Shown piece by piece: positions 47,466-58,129 of a stretch of DNA of 64,000 nucleotides. The number at the start of each line of letters is the position of its first letter. Position 1 is the stretch's first letter. The translations under genes and the position numbers were made by a program. The notes under the pieces are model-generated. The model was given only the letters and a program-made list of their open reading frames with translations. It did no database searches and was not told where the DNA came from. This stretch comes from a virus, in the IMG/VR virus record IMGVR_UViG_3300040801_004793, positions 1 through 64,000 of that record, one strand, 5' to 3'.

Positions 47466-49709
47466 ATGTTAGTAGTAGACAGCCAATACTTAGAAGAGTG
47501 GGAGAATGCCGAAGACGAAGTAGACGAAGATGACAATTACGAAACCGTTATCTATCAGCCTACTCTTTTTGAGTATTTTGAAGAAGATAATACTTCTATA
47601 GATCCGAATATTATCTTTATTTCAGATTCTAGGTGGTCGAGCGCTTTAGAAGAATTCAGGGCTTGCTCTATTTTTGCTTTTGACATTGAGACTTACGGAG
47701 CAGAGTCCTGGCACCCCTTATTTTTCTATAAAAATAAAATAAGACTTCTTCAAGTAGGTCTTCCTAGTGGAATTTGTCTAATGGCAGATCTAGGAGGTTG
47801 GTTAAATGAAAGTCCCAAGGAAACACTAAAAGAATACTCTGAGTTCCTAGATATTCTAGGTCAGAAACTTTTTGATCCCGCTGTGCCAGTAATAGGTACC
47901 AACCTAAAGTTTGACTTTACTACCGTTAGGGAGCATTTTGGGTTTATCGGTCGTCAGGCAAGAGATCTTATGATTTTGAGTCAAATTCTCTGGGCTGGAG
48001 TAGCCGTAGAGAAAGCAAAAGCTGGTGAGAATAGAGCAGAAAGATGCAAAATCTCACACGGTTTTAAAGCTATTGCTGAAAGACTCGGTTTTGGAGAAGT
48101 GGATAAAACACAGCAGTCCTCTAACTGGGGCTGGAAGCTTTCCAATAAACAATTCAATTACGCAGCAAAAGACGTATTGCTGGCCCTTGAAATCTACAAA
48201 AAGATGAAAGACCTAGTTGTAGCTGAAGGTCTAAAATATACGGCTTTTGTTGAGTGCAACGCGGTTTCTGTTTTTTCAGAGATGGAGTTTAGGGGGGCCC
48301 CGGTAAATATAGAACTTGCTAAAGAACTCTATAAAGACTACGAAAAAGAAAGAGACGAGTGGGTAGTTAAATTTCAAGAACATTTTCCAGAAGTTCTTTG
48401 GACAAGCAACAAACAGGTATTAGAGGCTTTTATAGAAAAAATTCCGGGTTTTTTAGATATCTTTAAAGAGGGAGAAAAACCCTCTGTTTCTGCCGAAGTC
48501 CTAAACCAATTAGATCATCCAGCTTGTGTAGCTCTTCTCTATTCCAGAATGCTCACAACCTCGATGAACAATATTAAGATCTACATAGAAAATTCTTTTC
48601 GTGGATCAATTAGAGGCTTCTATAGACAAATTGCTCCCGGTGGTAGTGGTAGAACGACTTGTTCTGCAAAGCTGACGGTTAATAACAGGAGCTATAAATT
48701 AGGAGCACAACTTCAAAATCCTCCTAATATGATTCGTCAGTTTAAGGGTAAATTAAGACCTGTAAGAGAAATTATCCAAGCTCCAGAGGGGTATGTTTTC
48801 GGCATTTTTGATGGGGCTCAGATGCACATGAGAATTGCTAGTCAACTGAGCCGAGACCCCGTTCTAGTAAAAATCTTTCAGGATGATTTTGATGGTCACA
48901 GCCTTCTGGCCTCTACTCTGGCTAAACAAAGTGGTAAAAACTGGACCCCAGAGTTTATATCTGGAGTATTAGGAAAAGGACCGCGAGATGAAAAGTGGAA
49001 TCTAGATAAGGATAGGGCTAAGCCTTCCGATGAAGAAGAGAGTGCTTGGCTACCTAAAATTGTTGGTACTTGTAAGGATTTTCGAGATAAATCTAAAACA
49101 GTTCTATATAGCTGTCTTAACGGTAGTACGGCAGGAAGAATTACTAGTAGTATGATTTCTGACGGTTTGGAGTGGTTTACCTATGATCATGGTAAAGAGT
49201 TGTTTAGTAACTTTAAAAGAATTTATCCAAATCTAGTAGAGTTTATATCTGGTCGATATGACGCTATTAATAGAACGTCCCATGACTTTTCTGGTTTTAA
49301 AACACACGATGGAAAACCAGTAGAGGGTCTGTGGGGCAGAATGAAAACTCTCACAGGTAGAATAATTTACTACAAAAAGTATCCAAGCCGCTTTAAGAAG
49401 GGGCAATTAGAGGTGTCTTACACAGATGCTACAGCTTCTAATTGGTTGCTTCCTGAAGCCGACATGATTAAGGCTTGGTCTGTAGAAGTCTTTAATCTCT
49501 TCTTGGACAACCCCAAATGGGAAGCATATATTTGCAATTTGGTTCATGATGAGATTAACGTTGTTATCAAGGAGGAGTACGCTTTAGAAGCAGCAATTCA
49601 AATACGAGAAAAAATGAGGCAGGTTTTTGGCCGTTGGTTAACAGTCATTCCTCCTCTAGAAGAAGCCGACCCTAAAAGCTTTATTTGTCAAAATTGGAGT
49701 CAGAAATAA
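47466..49709 (+). CDS. polA: family A DNA polymerase with 3'-5' exonuclease
   Basis: DIET, NLKFD, YAAKD exonuclease motifs; GR, LQN, motif A DGAQMHMR, motif B R...K...Y, motif C VHDE. Confidence 0.92.
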   Translation: MLVVDSQYLEEWENAEDEVDEDDNYETVIYQPTLFEYFEEDNTSIDPNIIFISDSRWSSALEEFRACSIFAFDIETYGAESWHPLFFYKNKIRLLQVGLPSGICLMADLGGWLNESPKETLKEYSEFLDILGQKLFDPAVPVIGTNLKFDFTTVREHFGFIGRQARDLMILSQILWAGVAVEKAKAGENRAERCKISHGFKAIAERLGFGEVDKTQQSSNWGWKLSNKQFNYAAKDVLLALEIYKKMKDLVVAEGLKYTAFVECNAVSVFSEMEFRGAPVNIELAKELYKDYEKERDEWVVKFQEHFPEVLWTSNKQVLEAFIEKIPGFLDIFKEGEKPSVSAEVLNQLDHPACVALLYSRMLTTSMNNIKIYIENSFRGSIRGFYRQIAPGGSGRTTCSAKLTVNNRSYKLGAQLQNPPNMIRQFKGKLRPVREIIQAPEGYVFGIFDGAQMHMRIASQLSRDPVLVKIFQDDFDGHSLLASTLAKQSGKNWTPEFISGVLGKGPRDEKWNLDKDRAKPSDEEESAWLPKIVGTCKDFRDKSKTVLYSCLNGSTAGRITSSMISDGLEWFTYDHGKELFSNFKRIYPNLVEFISGRYDAINRTSHDFSGFKTHDGKPVEGLWGRMKTLTGRIIYYKKYPSRFKKGQLEVSYTDATASNWLLPEADMIKAWSVEVFNLFLDNPKWEAYICNLVHDEINVVIKEEYALEAAIQIREKMRQVFGRWLTVIPPLEEADPKSFICQNWSQK

Positions 49710-49711
49710 TC

Positions 49712-49903
49712 ATGGCTAAAACAGTTCAAAGATCTTCCAGTAAATCTGGCACTACTATTTTTAGGTGCCCTACTTGCATTTCTCGTAAGTCACCTGCTGT
49801 AATCTTTCAGTTGGGTCTTCACGGCGGTATTGTACATAATGTACTAAAAAGTGGAAAGAGACGCTGCACTTGTTGTGGAAACGTTTCGGGTTCACCTACT
49901 TAG
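49712..49903 (+). CDS. small zinc-ribbon protein
   Basis: CPTC ... CTCC; ATG just after the polymerase stop. Confidence 0.55.
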   Translation: MAKTVQRSSSKSGTTIFRCPTCISRKSPAVIFQLGLHGGIVHNVLKSGKRRCTCCGNVSGSPT

Positions 49904-49960
49904 TCTTTTGTCTTAACAAAGAGGGGCCTTAAACCCCTCTTAACTATACATCTAAAAATT

Positions 49961-50725
49961 ATGTCCCAGCAAGAAATAGAAAATCTTCTAAATATTCTAG
50001 AGACTTACTCACAAGGCGTTTTGCATTCTTTTGAATCTCGCATAGGATGGGGTTCTTTCCCAACTTCTATAGCAATTCCTTCCTATGCACCCGATGGAAT
50101 GGTTCAGGTGCCTAGTGACTACGCTGAAATGACTGGTGTTGTTTCAGAGTATGCTCGACATCTACATGCCTTAAGAAATGCTGGTGTAGCTTATAATGCT
50201 TTTGCACAAAGCACTGTAGAAACTAATGAAACAGATTTACTGGAAGCTAAACAAACGACTAAGAGTTTATTCGATATTTCTGAAGTAACTTATACTTCCA
50301 ATAACCATAAGATGCTTATTCTTTTTACAAAGAATTTGTTTATTACGGATATTGATCAGGAAGAAGATCTTACAAAAGAACAGATTTTGTTATTTCTAGA
50401 GAATCACCCGCTTTTTAAATTCTTTAGAATATACGAAACTTTTAAAGGTTATAGGGTCTTTTATACTTACGGCCCACTTCCGGTAAATTTGAAATCTCTG
50501 TGTTTACTCGCGGCACTTAAATCTGATTTCAAATATCAGGCGTATGTATCTACGAGCTTTAGATACGCAGCTAGACTCACTTCTAAACATAAAAGAACTG
50601 AGTCTCCGGTATGTAGACTAGTTCATCCGGGATTAATGCCCTCAGACTATGGGTTGCAAATTGTAATTAAAGTACATGATTCATTTACACTTCCTTCTGT
50701 TTATAAGTTTTACCCGGACAAATAG
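49961..50725 (+). CDS. hypothetical protein
   Basis: 254 aa; DID and RIYET.KGYRV motifs, weakly prim-pol-like. Confidence 0.55.
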   Translation: MSQQEIENLLNILETYSQGVLHSFESRIGWGSFPTSIAIPSYAPDGMVQVPSDYAEMTGVVSEYARHLHALRNAGVAYNAFAQSTVETNETDLLEAKQTTKSLFDISEVTYTSNNHKMLILFTKNLFITDIDQEEDLTKEQILLFLENHPLFKFFRIYETFKGYRVFYTYGPLPVNLKSLCLLAALKSDFKYQAYVSTSFRYAARLTSKHKRTESPVCRLVHPGLMPSDYGLQIVIKVHDSFTLPSVYKFYPDK

Positions 50726-51020
50726 GGTTTTTAATTTCTGTGTTACTATAGGGTGAAATTTAAACTACTTTTTCTAAAATGCACAGAATCCTCTTTACAT
50801 ATCCGAGTCAACCTGGTAGGATAGCTTTAGCTAATGTATCCTACCAACACCCTAATAAAGCCATCTGGTCTTTTCAAAAACCGCTTACACCACAACAGCT
50901 AGAAAAAATCTATAAGCTAGCTAGGTCTATGTCTCCAATGCCCATAAAACCTTTGCTAGTGGAGCATCAAATATATCAAAATAATTGTTGGCATACAATC
51001 CTTACCACAAAAATAACAAG

Positions 51021-53651
51021 ATGAAACTGAAAACAACTTTTATTCCATCCGAGAAAATTAAAAACTTTGATAAAAAAGGAGAAAAAGATACTCCTTTTGG
51101 CCCTGTAGGACAGCTTGTTGATATTCGAACTTATCGACGCTTTCTTCCTGAGAAACTTAGAAGAGAGACTCTTGGTGAGAGAAACGCTAGAGTTGTTGAC
51201 TACAATATTCAATTAGGTTTGCCTTTTGATAATGTTAGTGATTTATTAAACGATGCTAATCACTTTTACGACTCTTTAGGCACTTTAAAGTATTGGCCCA
51301 GCGGTAGAACAGCCTGGGTAGGAGGCACAAAAACTACAGAACTACATCCCGCAGCAAACTTTAATTGCAGTTTTCTGGCAATTAATAGACTAGAGGCTTT
51401 CATAGATTTAGCCGAGTTACTGATGCTAGGCACGGGAGTGGGATTTCGACTTCATTCCAGAGATTTAGAAAAATTGCCGGATATTAAAAACATTCCATCG
51501 GTACATTTTTCTGAGTATAAGTATATTAAAAATAAAAGCTTCAAAGATACTCAGATTGCTCTAGTACCTTACAATTTAAACCAGGATGCTTTAATTATTG
51601 ATGTTGGTGATAGTAGAAAGGGTTGGCTAGATTCTATTAGAGTGTTGTTAGCTCTAATTTTTCAGAGCGATGAAAGTTTTCCGCATCTAAATCTTTATGA
51701 TGATGCTAAAGAATTTATTCTCTCAAATAAAGAAAATAAAATAGTAGAATTTAACTTTAATTATGTGAGACCAAAGGGCTCTAGAATTAAAGGTTTTGGA
51801 GGAACGGCCTCTGGCCCTCAAGCTCTAAAAGAAATTCTGAGAGATATTTTACAAATTTTAAAAGATAGATTTGATACCGGAACTACAAGAGTTTTATCTA
51901 TTGATGCAATGGATATCGCTTGTGCCTCTGCAAGAGGTATTATTGCCGGAAGTAGCAGTAGATCGGCTCTTATTCCCTTATTTGAACAGGGAGATCTCCT
52001 ATGTAGAAATTCTAAAAAGGGCTTATATACGAATCCAGAGATGGCTTCTAAGTCCTATCGAGCTCAGTCAAATATTACAGAGAACATCGGAGCTGACCCC
52101 GAGAGTCTAGAGAAAATCAGGCAATTTGCAATTAATAACCCTACACTATCTATCCAGGATTTAAAAGTAAGAGAATTTATCAAAACTTTTAGACCGGATA
52201 AAATCGAACTTACTCGCATGTTCGAAACCGTTAGATCAGAGGGGGAGCCTGGGTTTGATAATTGGGCTAGAATGTGTCTTATTCGGTTCTATGCTGCCAT
52301 CCGCAAAAGACCTCAATACACACCAGAACAAATCTGGGAGTATTACTGTGATATCGGTACTAACCCATGCCACGAAATTATTCTTAGTGCGGGATTTCAG
52401 ACTAAAGATCAAGTTAGCTTCTGTAATCTTACGACGATTGCAGTTACGAACCATATTGTTTACATTAATGGTGTTCCAGAGTTAGATGTAGAAAGTCTAA
52501 AAGAAGCTTTTGAGAGAACCGTAAGAATTGCTATTCGACAAACTTGTGTCGATATGCCCTACCCTCACATGGACGAGTGCCAAAAAGAAGAGAGGCTCTT
52601 AGGTGTTTCTTCTACGGGTTGGAGAGATCTTATGGATATTCTAGGCTGGGAAACCAACGGTTCTAAAATTAAAGACCTTCTTCAGAATTGTAAAAAGTGG
52701 GCTAACGAGGAATCGGAAAGGTATAGTAAAAAGCTTGGTATTCCTACTCCTCTACTAGTTACTACTATTAAACCTGAGGGTACGGCTAGTCAGATAATGG
52801 GTACTAGTAGTGGATTGCATTGGGATTGGGCTCCCTACTATTTAAGAAGAATTAGAATGTCTTCTTCGGACGCTCTCGCAAAAACGCTAATTAAGCAAGG
52901 GTTTAATTGGTACCCAGAAATCTATGACCTTGAGACCTGGTACCATACGTATGCAAGATCCCTTTCTACGTATCTAACAGAAATTGGAAAGCATAAACAA
53001 AAGCCCGTTGTCCGAAGTTCCAATGTTCTTCTTGCTTGGTTACAATCCCTGGCATCAATCTTTAGTAGAAAAGACAATTCTTTAGACTCTTTTTATGACT
53101 ACACTACTTTAGAAAAAGAGTGGAGTCGTTTGGATGTAGAGTCTAAACTAAAGGTCTTTTCTAATTTACTTTCGTACGAGAAAGAAGAAATTTTGGATTC
53201 TATTCAATCAGTTGTTTTAGAGTTTCCTGTAAAATCTCCTGCTAAAATTTGCCAGAGCGAAGTTACTGCTCTTGAGCAATTAGAAAATATGCGGAATTTT
53301 ACTCTCTATTACTGTGACCATATGCCTTCTAGTACTATTACGGTAAAAGACGACGAATGGGAGCAAGTGATAGATTGGGTCTATGATAACTGGGATACCT
53401 TTACAACAGCGGCCTTTCTGCCTTACTTTGGAGGTAATTATCCGCTTCTTCCTTTCCAAACGATTGACGAAGAAGATTATAAAAATGCTATTGCTTGTAT
53501 TCCAGACATTTATAAACAGCAGAGAGAGGATGGAAGATGTACCTTTTTAGTAGATCAATTAACTCTGATGGATGAAGAAATTAAATTAGAAGATCCCGAT
53601 GATGTGGATGTTTCTCCGACTTGTTCTACGGGAACTTGTCCTGTAAGATAA
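51021..53651 (+). CDS. nrdJ: class II (adenosylcobalamin-dependent) ribonucleotide reductase, monomeric type
   Basis: RTY.R, PSGR, NCSF, TNPCHEI, FCNL, TTIKPEGT, C-terminal CSTGTCPVR; no small subunit nearby. Confidence 0.9.
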   Translation: MKLKTTFIPSEKIKNFDKKGEKDTPFGPVGQLVDIRTYRRFLPEKLRRETLGERNARVVDYNIQLGLPFDNVSDLLNDANHFYDSLGTLKYWPSGRTAWVGGTKTTELHPAANFNCSFLAINRLEAFIDLAELLMLGTGVGFRLHSRDLEKLPDIKNIPSVHFSEYKYIKNKSFKDTQIALVPYNLNQDALIIDVGDSRKGWLDSIRVLLALIFQSDESFPHLNLYDDAKEFILSNKENKIVEFNFNYVRPKGSRIKGFGGTASGPQALKEILRDILQILKDRFDTGTTRVLSIDAMDIACASARGIIAGSSSRSALIPLFEQGDLLCRNSKKGLYTNPEMASKSYRAQSNITENIGADPESLEKIRQFAINNPTLSIQDLKVREFIKTFRPDKIELTRMFETVRSEGEPGFDNWARMCLIRFYAAIRKRPQYTPEQIWEYYCDIGTNPCHEIILSAGFQTKDQVSFCNLTTIAVTNHIVYINGVPELDVESLKEAFERTVRIAIRQTCVDMPYPHMDECQKEERLLGVSSTGWRDLMDILGWETNGSKIKDLLQNCKKWANEESERYSKKLGIPTPLLVTTIKPEGTASQIMGTSSGLHWDWAPYYLRRIRMSSSDALAKTLIKQGFNWYPEIYDLETWYHTYARSLSTYLTEIGKHKQKPVVRSSNVLLAWLQSLASIFSRKDNSLDSFYDYTTLEKEWSRLDVESKLKVFSNLLSYEKEEILDSIQSVVLEFPVKSPAKICQSEVTALEQLENMRNFTLYYCDHMPSSTITVKDDEWEQVIDWVYDNWDTFTTAAFLPYFGGNYPLLPFQTIDEEDYKNAIACIPDIYKQQREDGRCTFLVDQLTLMDEEIKLEDPDDVDVSPTCSTGTCPVR

Positions 53652-53698
53652 GAATTTCTATCTAGGGGAAAAACGTTAATCTAATTACTATCGACTAT

Positions 53699-54013
53699 AT
53701 GTTAGACCAAATTAACTCTATCAACGACATCCTTGGTACTCAAGGTCTTTTCCTTAGCGAGATTGTAGTACTAATTATTTGTGGCACGTTAGTTTACCAG
53801 CTTAATAAGCTAGCTTCTATTGTTCGTCCGGGTTTATCTAGAACTCTTAAAAATCTAGCTGATGCTAGAGAAAAGGAGGTTGTTGTAATTTTAGAATTTC
53901 TGCTTCGAAAAATTGTCGAAGGAGAAAATTTTAAGTCCCAGGACTTTCTTAGGTATGTAGAACAAAAAGTTCATTCCTACTTGAGTGACAAAGAAGATAG
54001 GGAAGCTAAATAA
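53699..54013 (+). CDS. small membrane protein
   Basis: One hydrophobic segment (LFLSEIVVLIICGTLVY). Confidence 0.55.
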   Translation: MLDQINSINDILGTQGLFLSEIVVLIICGTLVYQLNKLASIVRPGLSRTLKNLADAREKEVVVILEFLLRKIVEGENFKSQDFLRYVEQKVHSYLSDKEDREAK

Positions 54014-54089
54014 AATAGCCGAGTAGCCGTTTTTTAAGAGGGGGAATACTACTCCCCCTCTTTCTAAGGGCAGATGTTACAATGTGTAA

Positions 54090-56057
54090 ATGAATTTTAA
54101 AGACTACTTTCATGAATCTATAGGCCTTGCTGTATGTAACTCTTCTTTTGAGTACTTGTGGCACTCTGCTTCGTGGCCTCAATTATTTGGTAAAAAAGAA
54201 AAATCCTACATAGGAGAATCTCATTTTAAATTTTTAGAAACCGTTCCTTATGCTTGGGAAAAAGATTACAATCAAGTATTGAGTACTTCTGGTTATTCCG
54301 TAACTTATAAACCTGAATGGTTTAATAACCAGGCTCTTCTTCATTCTGTTTCAGTGTTAGAAAATAATCTAATTCTGATTCTTTGCTTAAACGTTTCAGA
54401 AGTTACAAGGTTTAAAGAATCTCTCTATAAATTTCAAGATTGCAGTATGACAGGTAAAGCAATCTTTAGAAAAGAAGGAGAAAATTTTAGAATAGTCTAC
54501 TGGAATAAATATGCCGCTACTAAAAATCCGGGAATAAATCTTGAAGGCTCTATCTTATCTAATACTTTTTTTTCGAATGCTAGGTTAGAGTTGGAAGAAG
54601 AAAAAACTTTTATAGATTTTTGTTTCGAAGTTTTAGAAACTCAAACTTCTGATCTTACAGAAATAAAGTTAGAGGCCTTAGAAAAGTATTATCTTATTAC
54701 GCTCTTTCCCATAAGTGAAACAGAATTGGGTTGTGAATGGTTCGATATAAGTTCTAAAATTGAATTTTTTCAAAAAACACAATTTGAATTAATACATGAT
54801 AACTTAACAGGCCTATTTAATAGAAAACTTTTAGGCAGTCAATCAATAGAGTTTGACTACATTCTCTTTTTAGACTTAGATAATTTTAAAAGTGTCAATG
54901 ATTTTTATACCCACTCTGTTGGAGATAAACTTTTACAAATAGTAGCTCAGAGAATTTCTCAAGTTGCTAAAAACCAAGTTGCAGTTAGAGTTTCTGGTGA
55001 TGAGTTTTTCATTCTAGTAAAGGGTAAAACCGAGAAAGAGGTTTTTGAGCTTGCTGTTGAAATCTGTAGTGTCCTAAAACAACCTTATCTAATTCAAAGC
55101 TTTATTATTAAAAATGTGTCTTGTTCTTGTGGTATAGCTAAGTTTTCAAAGGATGTAGATACTACGGTAAGAAAAGCGGATCTTGCTATGTACCAAAGTA
55201 AGGCTTTAGGTAAGTCTGACAAAGAGGCTTCTGGTATTCCTATTTGGTACGAAGAGAGTATGGGAGACTCCCATACTAGACAACATAAACTTTTAAAACT
55301 TCTTTATCAAGCAATTCAAAAAAATGCTTTTGATATAGTTTTACAACCTTTTGTAAATCTTCAAGAATTAAACGAAGAAAATCCTAAAAAAACACCGAAG
55401 GTAGGATACGAAGTTTTAGTTCGTTGGAATACTCCTTCTGGACCTATTCCTCCGTCTGAGTTTATTCCTATAGCTGAAGATCACGGCTATATTACAGCAA
55501 TCACTCTGTTAGTGTTATCTCAAGCCTGTAAAGCCTGTAAAGAAATAAATAGAGTCTCTAAATACCCTCTTTATCTATCTGTAAACGTATCAGGTCAAGA
55601 CTTGTCTAATAAAAGACTCAAAGATAGCATTGATATGTTGCTAGAAGAGTCGGGATTAGACTATAATCTAATTAAGTTTGAGATTACTGAGTCTGTTATT
55701 CCTTCCATACAAGAGGCAGAAAATACAGTTCAGTATTTAAATTCAGAGGGTCTCAAAAGTTTGTTAGATGATTTTGGAACTAAGGGAAGCTCTCTAACTC
55801 TTATGTTTAGTCTTTCTGTAGAAGGAATCAAAATTGATAGAGATTTCATTATTAACTGGACTGATTCCGTACAACATATTATTGGGCTAGGACACAGTAA
55901 AGGACTGTCTGTTGTTTGTGAAGGAGTAGAGAGTTTAGAAATTGCACAAAAGTTAAAACGCGCCAAAGCCGATATTGGACAAGGCTTTTTATTCGGAATG
56001 CCTTTATCTCTGGAAGATACTATTGAGGAATTACTCGAAAATGAAGAAAACAATTAA
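54090..56057 (+). CDS. PAS-like/GGDEF/EAL protein (diguanylate cyclase/phosphodiesterase)
   Basis: HDNLTGLFNR, DLDNFKSVND, RVSGDEF, EVLVRW, FEITES, DDFGT, KIDR, EGVE, QGF. Confidence 0.93.
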   Translation: MNFKDYFHESIGLAVCNSSFEYLWHSASWPQLFGKKEKSYIGESHFKFLETVPYAWEKDYNQVLSTSGYSVTYKPEWFNNQALLHSVSVLENNLILILCLNVSEVTRFKESLYKFQDCSMTGKAIFRKEGENFRIVYWNKYAATKNPGINLEGSILSNTFFSNARLELEEEKTFIDFCFEVLETQTSDLTEIKLEALEKYYLITLFPISETELGCEWFDISSKIEFFQKTQFELIHDNLTGLFNRKLLGSQSIEFDYILFLDLDNFKSVNDFYTHSVGDKLLQIVAQRISQVAKNQVAVRVSGDEFFILVKGKTEKEVFELAVEICSVLKQPYLIQSFIIKNVSCSCGIAKFSKDVDTTVRKADLAMYQSKALGKSDKEASGIPIWYEESMGDSHTRQHKLLKLLYQAIQKNAFDIVLQPFVNLQELNEENPKKTPKVGYEVLVRWNTPSGPIPPSEFIPIAEDHGYITAITLLVLSQACKACKEINRVSKYPLYLSVNVSGQDLSNKRLKDSIDMLLEESGLDYNLIKFEITESVIPSIQEAENTVQYLNSEGLKSLLDDFGTKGSSLTLMFSLSVEGIKIDRDFIINWTDSVQHIIGLGHSKGLSVVCEGVESLEIAQKLKRAKADIGQGFLFGMPLSLEDTIEELLENEENN

Positions 56058-56489
56058 CATTTTACTCCTGACTTTGATAGGTCTTATTTTACTTTCTTGT
56101 AATTCTAGTCCTACAAATGAAGTACCTACGGTAGAAGAAACTAAATCTGCCTTAAATAAAGCAGAGATTATTACTTTCGAATTGCCCTCTACAACAAAAG
56201 AAACAAATGAGTGAGTCCCAGAATCAGAACTTTGCAGCAGTAGTACACTTGGACAAAATCGGCCAGGTTGTAGTTTGGTGTGACGAGGTAGACGAGCCCG
56301 AAGGTTCTAAACCTGTAATGGTATTTATGTTTAGTCCAAAGGGTCTAGGTGTTTGCACTTTAAAACAAACTCTGATTGATACCGATGAGGCCTGGGAAGA
56401 GGCGAATATGCTTATTCAGGAGAACTCAGAAAAGTTAAAAAGAATGGCAGAAAATTTAATACTCAAAACAACTATAGGAAATTTTTTAA

Positions 56490-56663
56490 ATGTTTAATAT
56501 ATTTAGATGGTTACTTAGTTCCAATTCTTTAGAGGAGACAACAACCCTACAACAACTAACTGAAACTTTACAGGGTGTAGAGCTTGACGGGGAAAAGAAA
56601 GATGCTGTATTATTGGAAGAAGAAGAGTCCTCGTGGTGGATTCCTGAAAATACAGCAGATTAA
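56490..56663 (+). CDS. small hypothetical protein (below the ORF-track cutoff)
   Basis: Read by hand: MFNIFRWLLSSNSLEETTTLQQ...WWIPENTAD-stop. Confidence 0.45.
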   Translation: MFNIFRWLLSSNSLEETTTLQQLTETLQGVELDGEKKDAVLLEEEESSWWIPENTAD

Positions 56664-56671
56664 AATTAAAA

Positions 56672-57478
56672 ATGCTCCGAGAAAATGAATTACCTCTTAA
56701 GTATCCCGGATCAAAGAGGTGGCTTTTTAAATACCTTAAAAAATTAAACTTAGACTTAGACGTTGGGTGGGTATCGCCATTCTGCGGTTCCTGTGCTCTA
56801 GAGTTTTTATTCGGTGTAGAAAAAGCCACTCTCTCTGATATCAACAGTCATCTTATAAAATGTCTTCTCTGGCTAAAGTCTGGTCAGGGTTTAACCTATC
56901 CATATCAACCTTCCCGAGAAGAGTTTTATAAACTGAGGTCTTTTTTTAATCAAATTAGAGATACCGAAGACGAAAGAATAGGCCAACTTTTTTGGCTTGT
57001 CCTTTATTCTGCCCACAGAGGCTCTTGTAGAACAAATCTCAAGGGGGAGATTAATAGTTCTTGGGGAGAGTATAAAGGCCTTCCTTCTAAACCTTTCGAT
57101 AAGTACCCCGCTATAATGGAAAAGTGGAGTATTTCTTGTTCCCCCTATGAAACAGCTCTAGCCAACTGCAATAAAGATTCTATTCTTCTTTTAGACCCAC
57201 CGTATTTAAATACAGGTAAAGTTTATGGTCGCCCCTCTTTTAATCTATCTCAAACAGAAAATCTATTAAAACTGACCTTAGATCATCAAGGTCCAATTAT
57301 TGCAACTAATTCATACTGGTCAGAGGGTCTTGAACTCTATGCCGATTTTGGCTATACTATAATGAAAGCGGAGTCCAACCAGAGCTTTCATCACGGAAAA
57401 AATAAAGAAGGTAAAGCTTCAGAGCTTTTAGCCTTTAAAAATGTAAACCTGCCATCACAATTATTAGATAATGTCTAG
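56672..57478 (+). CDS. dam: D12-class N6-adenine DNA methyltransferase (Dam-like)
   Basis: PLKYPGSK, PFCGS, SDIN, DPPY. Confidence 0.88.
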   Translation: MLRENELPLKYPGSKRWLFKYLKKLNLDLDVGWVSPFCGSCALEFLFGVEKATLSDINSHLIKCLLWLKSGQGLTYPYQPSREEFYKLRSFFNQIRDTEDERIGQLFWLVLYSAHRGSCRTNLKGEINSSWGEYKGLPSKPFDKYPAIMEKWSISCSPYETALANCNKDSILLLDPPYLNTGKVYGRPSFNLSQTENLLKLTLDHQGPIIATNSYWSEGLELYADFGYTIMKAESNQSFHHGKNKEGKASELLAFKNVNLPSQLLDNV

Positions 57479-58121
57479 AATTTCTTCTTCGTACACTGAG
57501 GGTCTTTCCAACGGAGACCTGGGTTTTAGTAATCTTTTAGTGGGAGATACAATTTCTAAGGGCTCTCATTTTAGTTCGGTATATTCTTCTATTGAATGGC
57601 TTCAGCATCGCCTTCAAAATATATCTTATAATGAGCCCTCTTTTGTAGATAATTTTCCAAGAGATGCTGCTTTTATATCCTGGCTCTATGAAGCTCTGTA
57701 TAGTCTAAGTTCCTTTTGTTATCTAAAAGGAATAACTGACGTGAATTATGGACACGTTCCACCTCAAGAATCTATAGAATTTTTAAAAACCCGAATATCT
57801 GAACTAAAAGATTTAGAGGAAAACCTTACAGGAAAGAAGGCTGAATCTGATTTTGTAACTCTATCGGGATCTCTTAACACTATTCGTTTGTCAGTAAGAG
57901 ATGTGGAAAGACACTTTGTAGGCTGGTTTCACAACGAAAGAGTAATAACTCACGAGATTGCAAAGAATCCCGAAATATTAGAAGGTATCTATAGATACGA
58001 AACATTTCTAAATAGACTCAGTAGTTATTTCTACTGGCTATCCCGAGTTTACATTATTAAAAATACTGGCGTTCAGGCTCTTAAGCCTTGGAATGCTAAG
58101 ATCCCACCTTTTAACGTATAA
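57471..58121 (+). CDS. PduO-type ATP:cob(I)alamin adenosyltransferase
   Basis: YT....GD.G...L...ISK N-terminus, R...R..ER, FLNRLS.YFY..SR. Confidence 0.72.
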   Translation: MSRISSSYTEGLSNGDLGFSNLLVGDTISKGSHFSSVYSSIEWLQHRLQNISYNEPSFVDNFPRDAAFISWLYEALYSLSSFCYLKGITDVNYGHVPPQESIEFLKTRISELKDLEENLTGKKAESDFVTLSGSLNTIRLSVRDVERHFVGWFHNERVITHEIAKNPEILEGIYRYETFLNRLSSYFYWLSRVYIIKNTGVQALKPWNAKIPPFNV

Positions 58122-58129
58122 AAAATACT

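Noticed and set aside
56500-56670. ACAACAAC-rich gap as a possible template repeat or ncRNA
   Set aside because: Reads as a small + strand ORF (56490..56663) and does not match the variable-region scaffold
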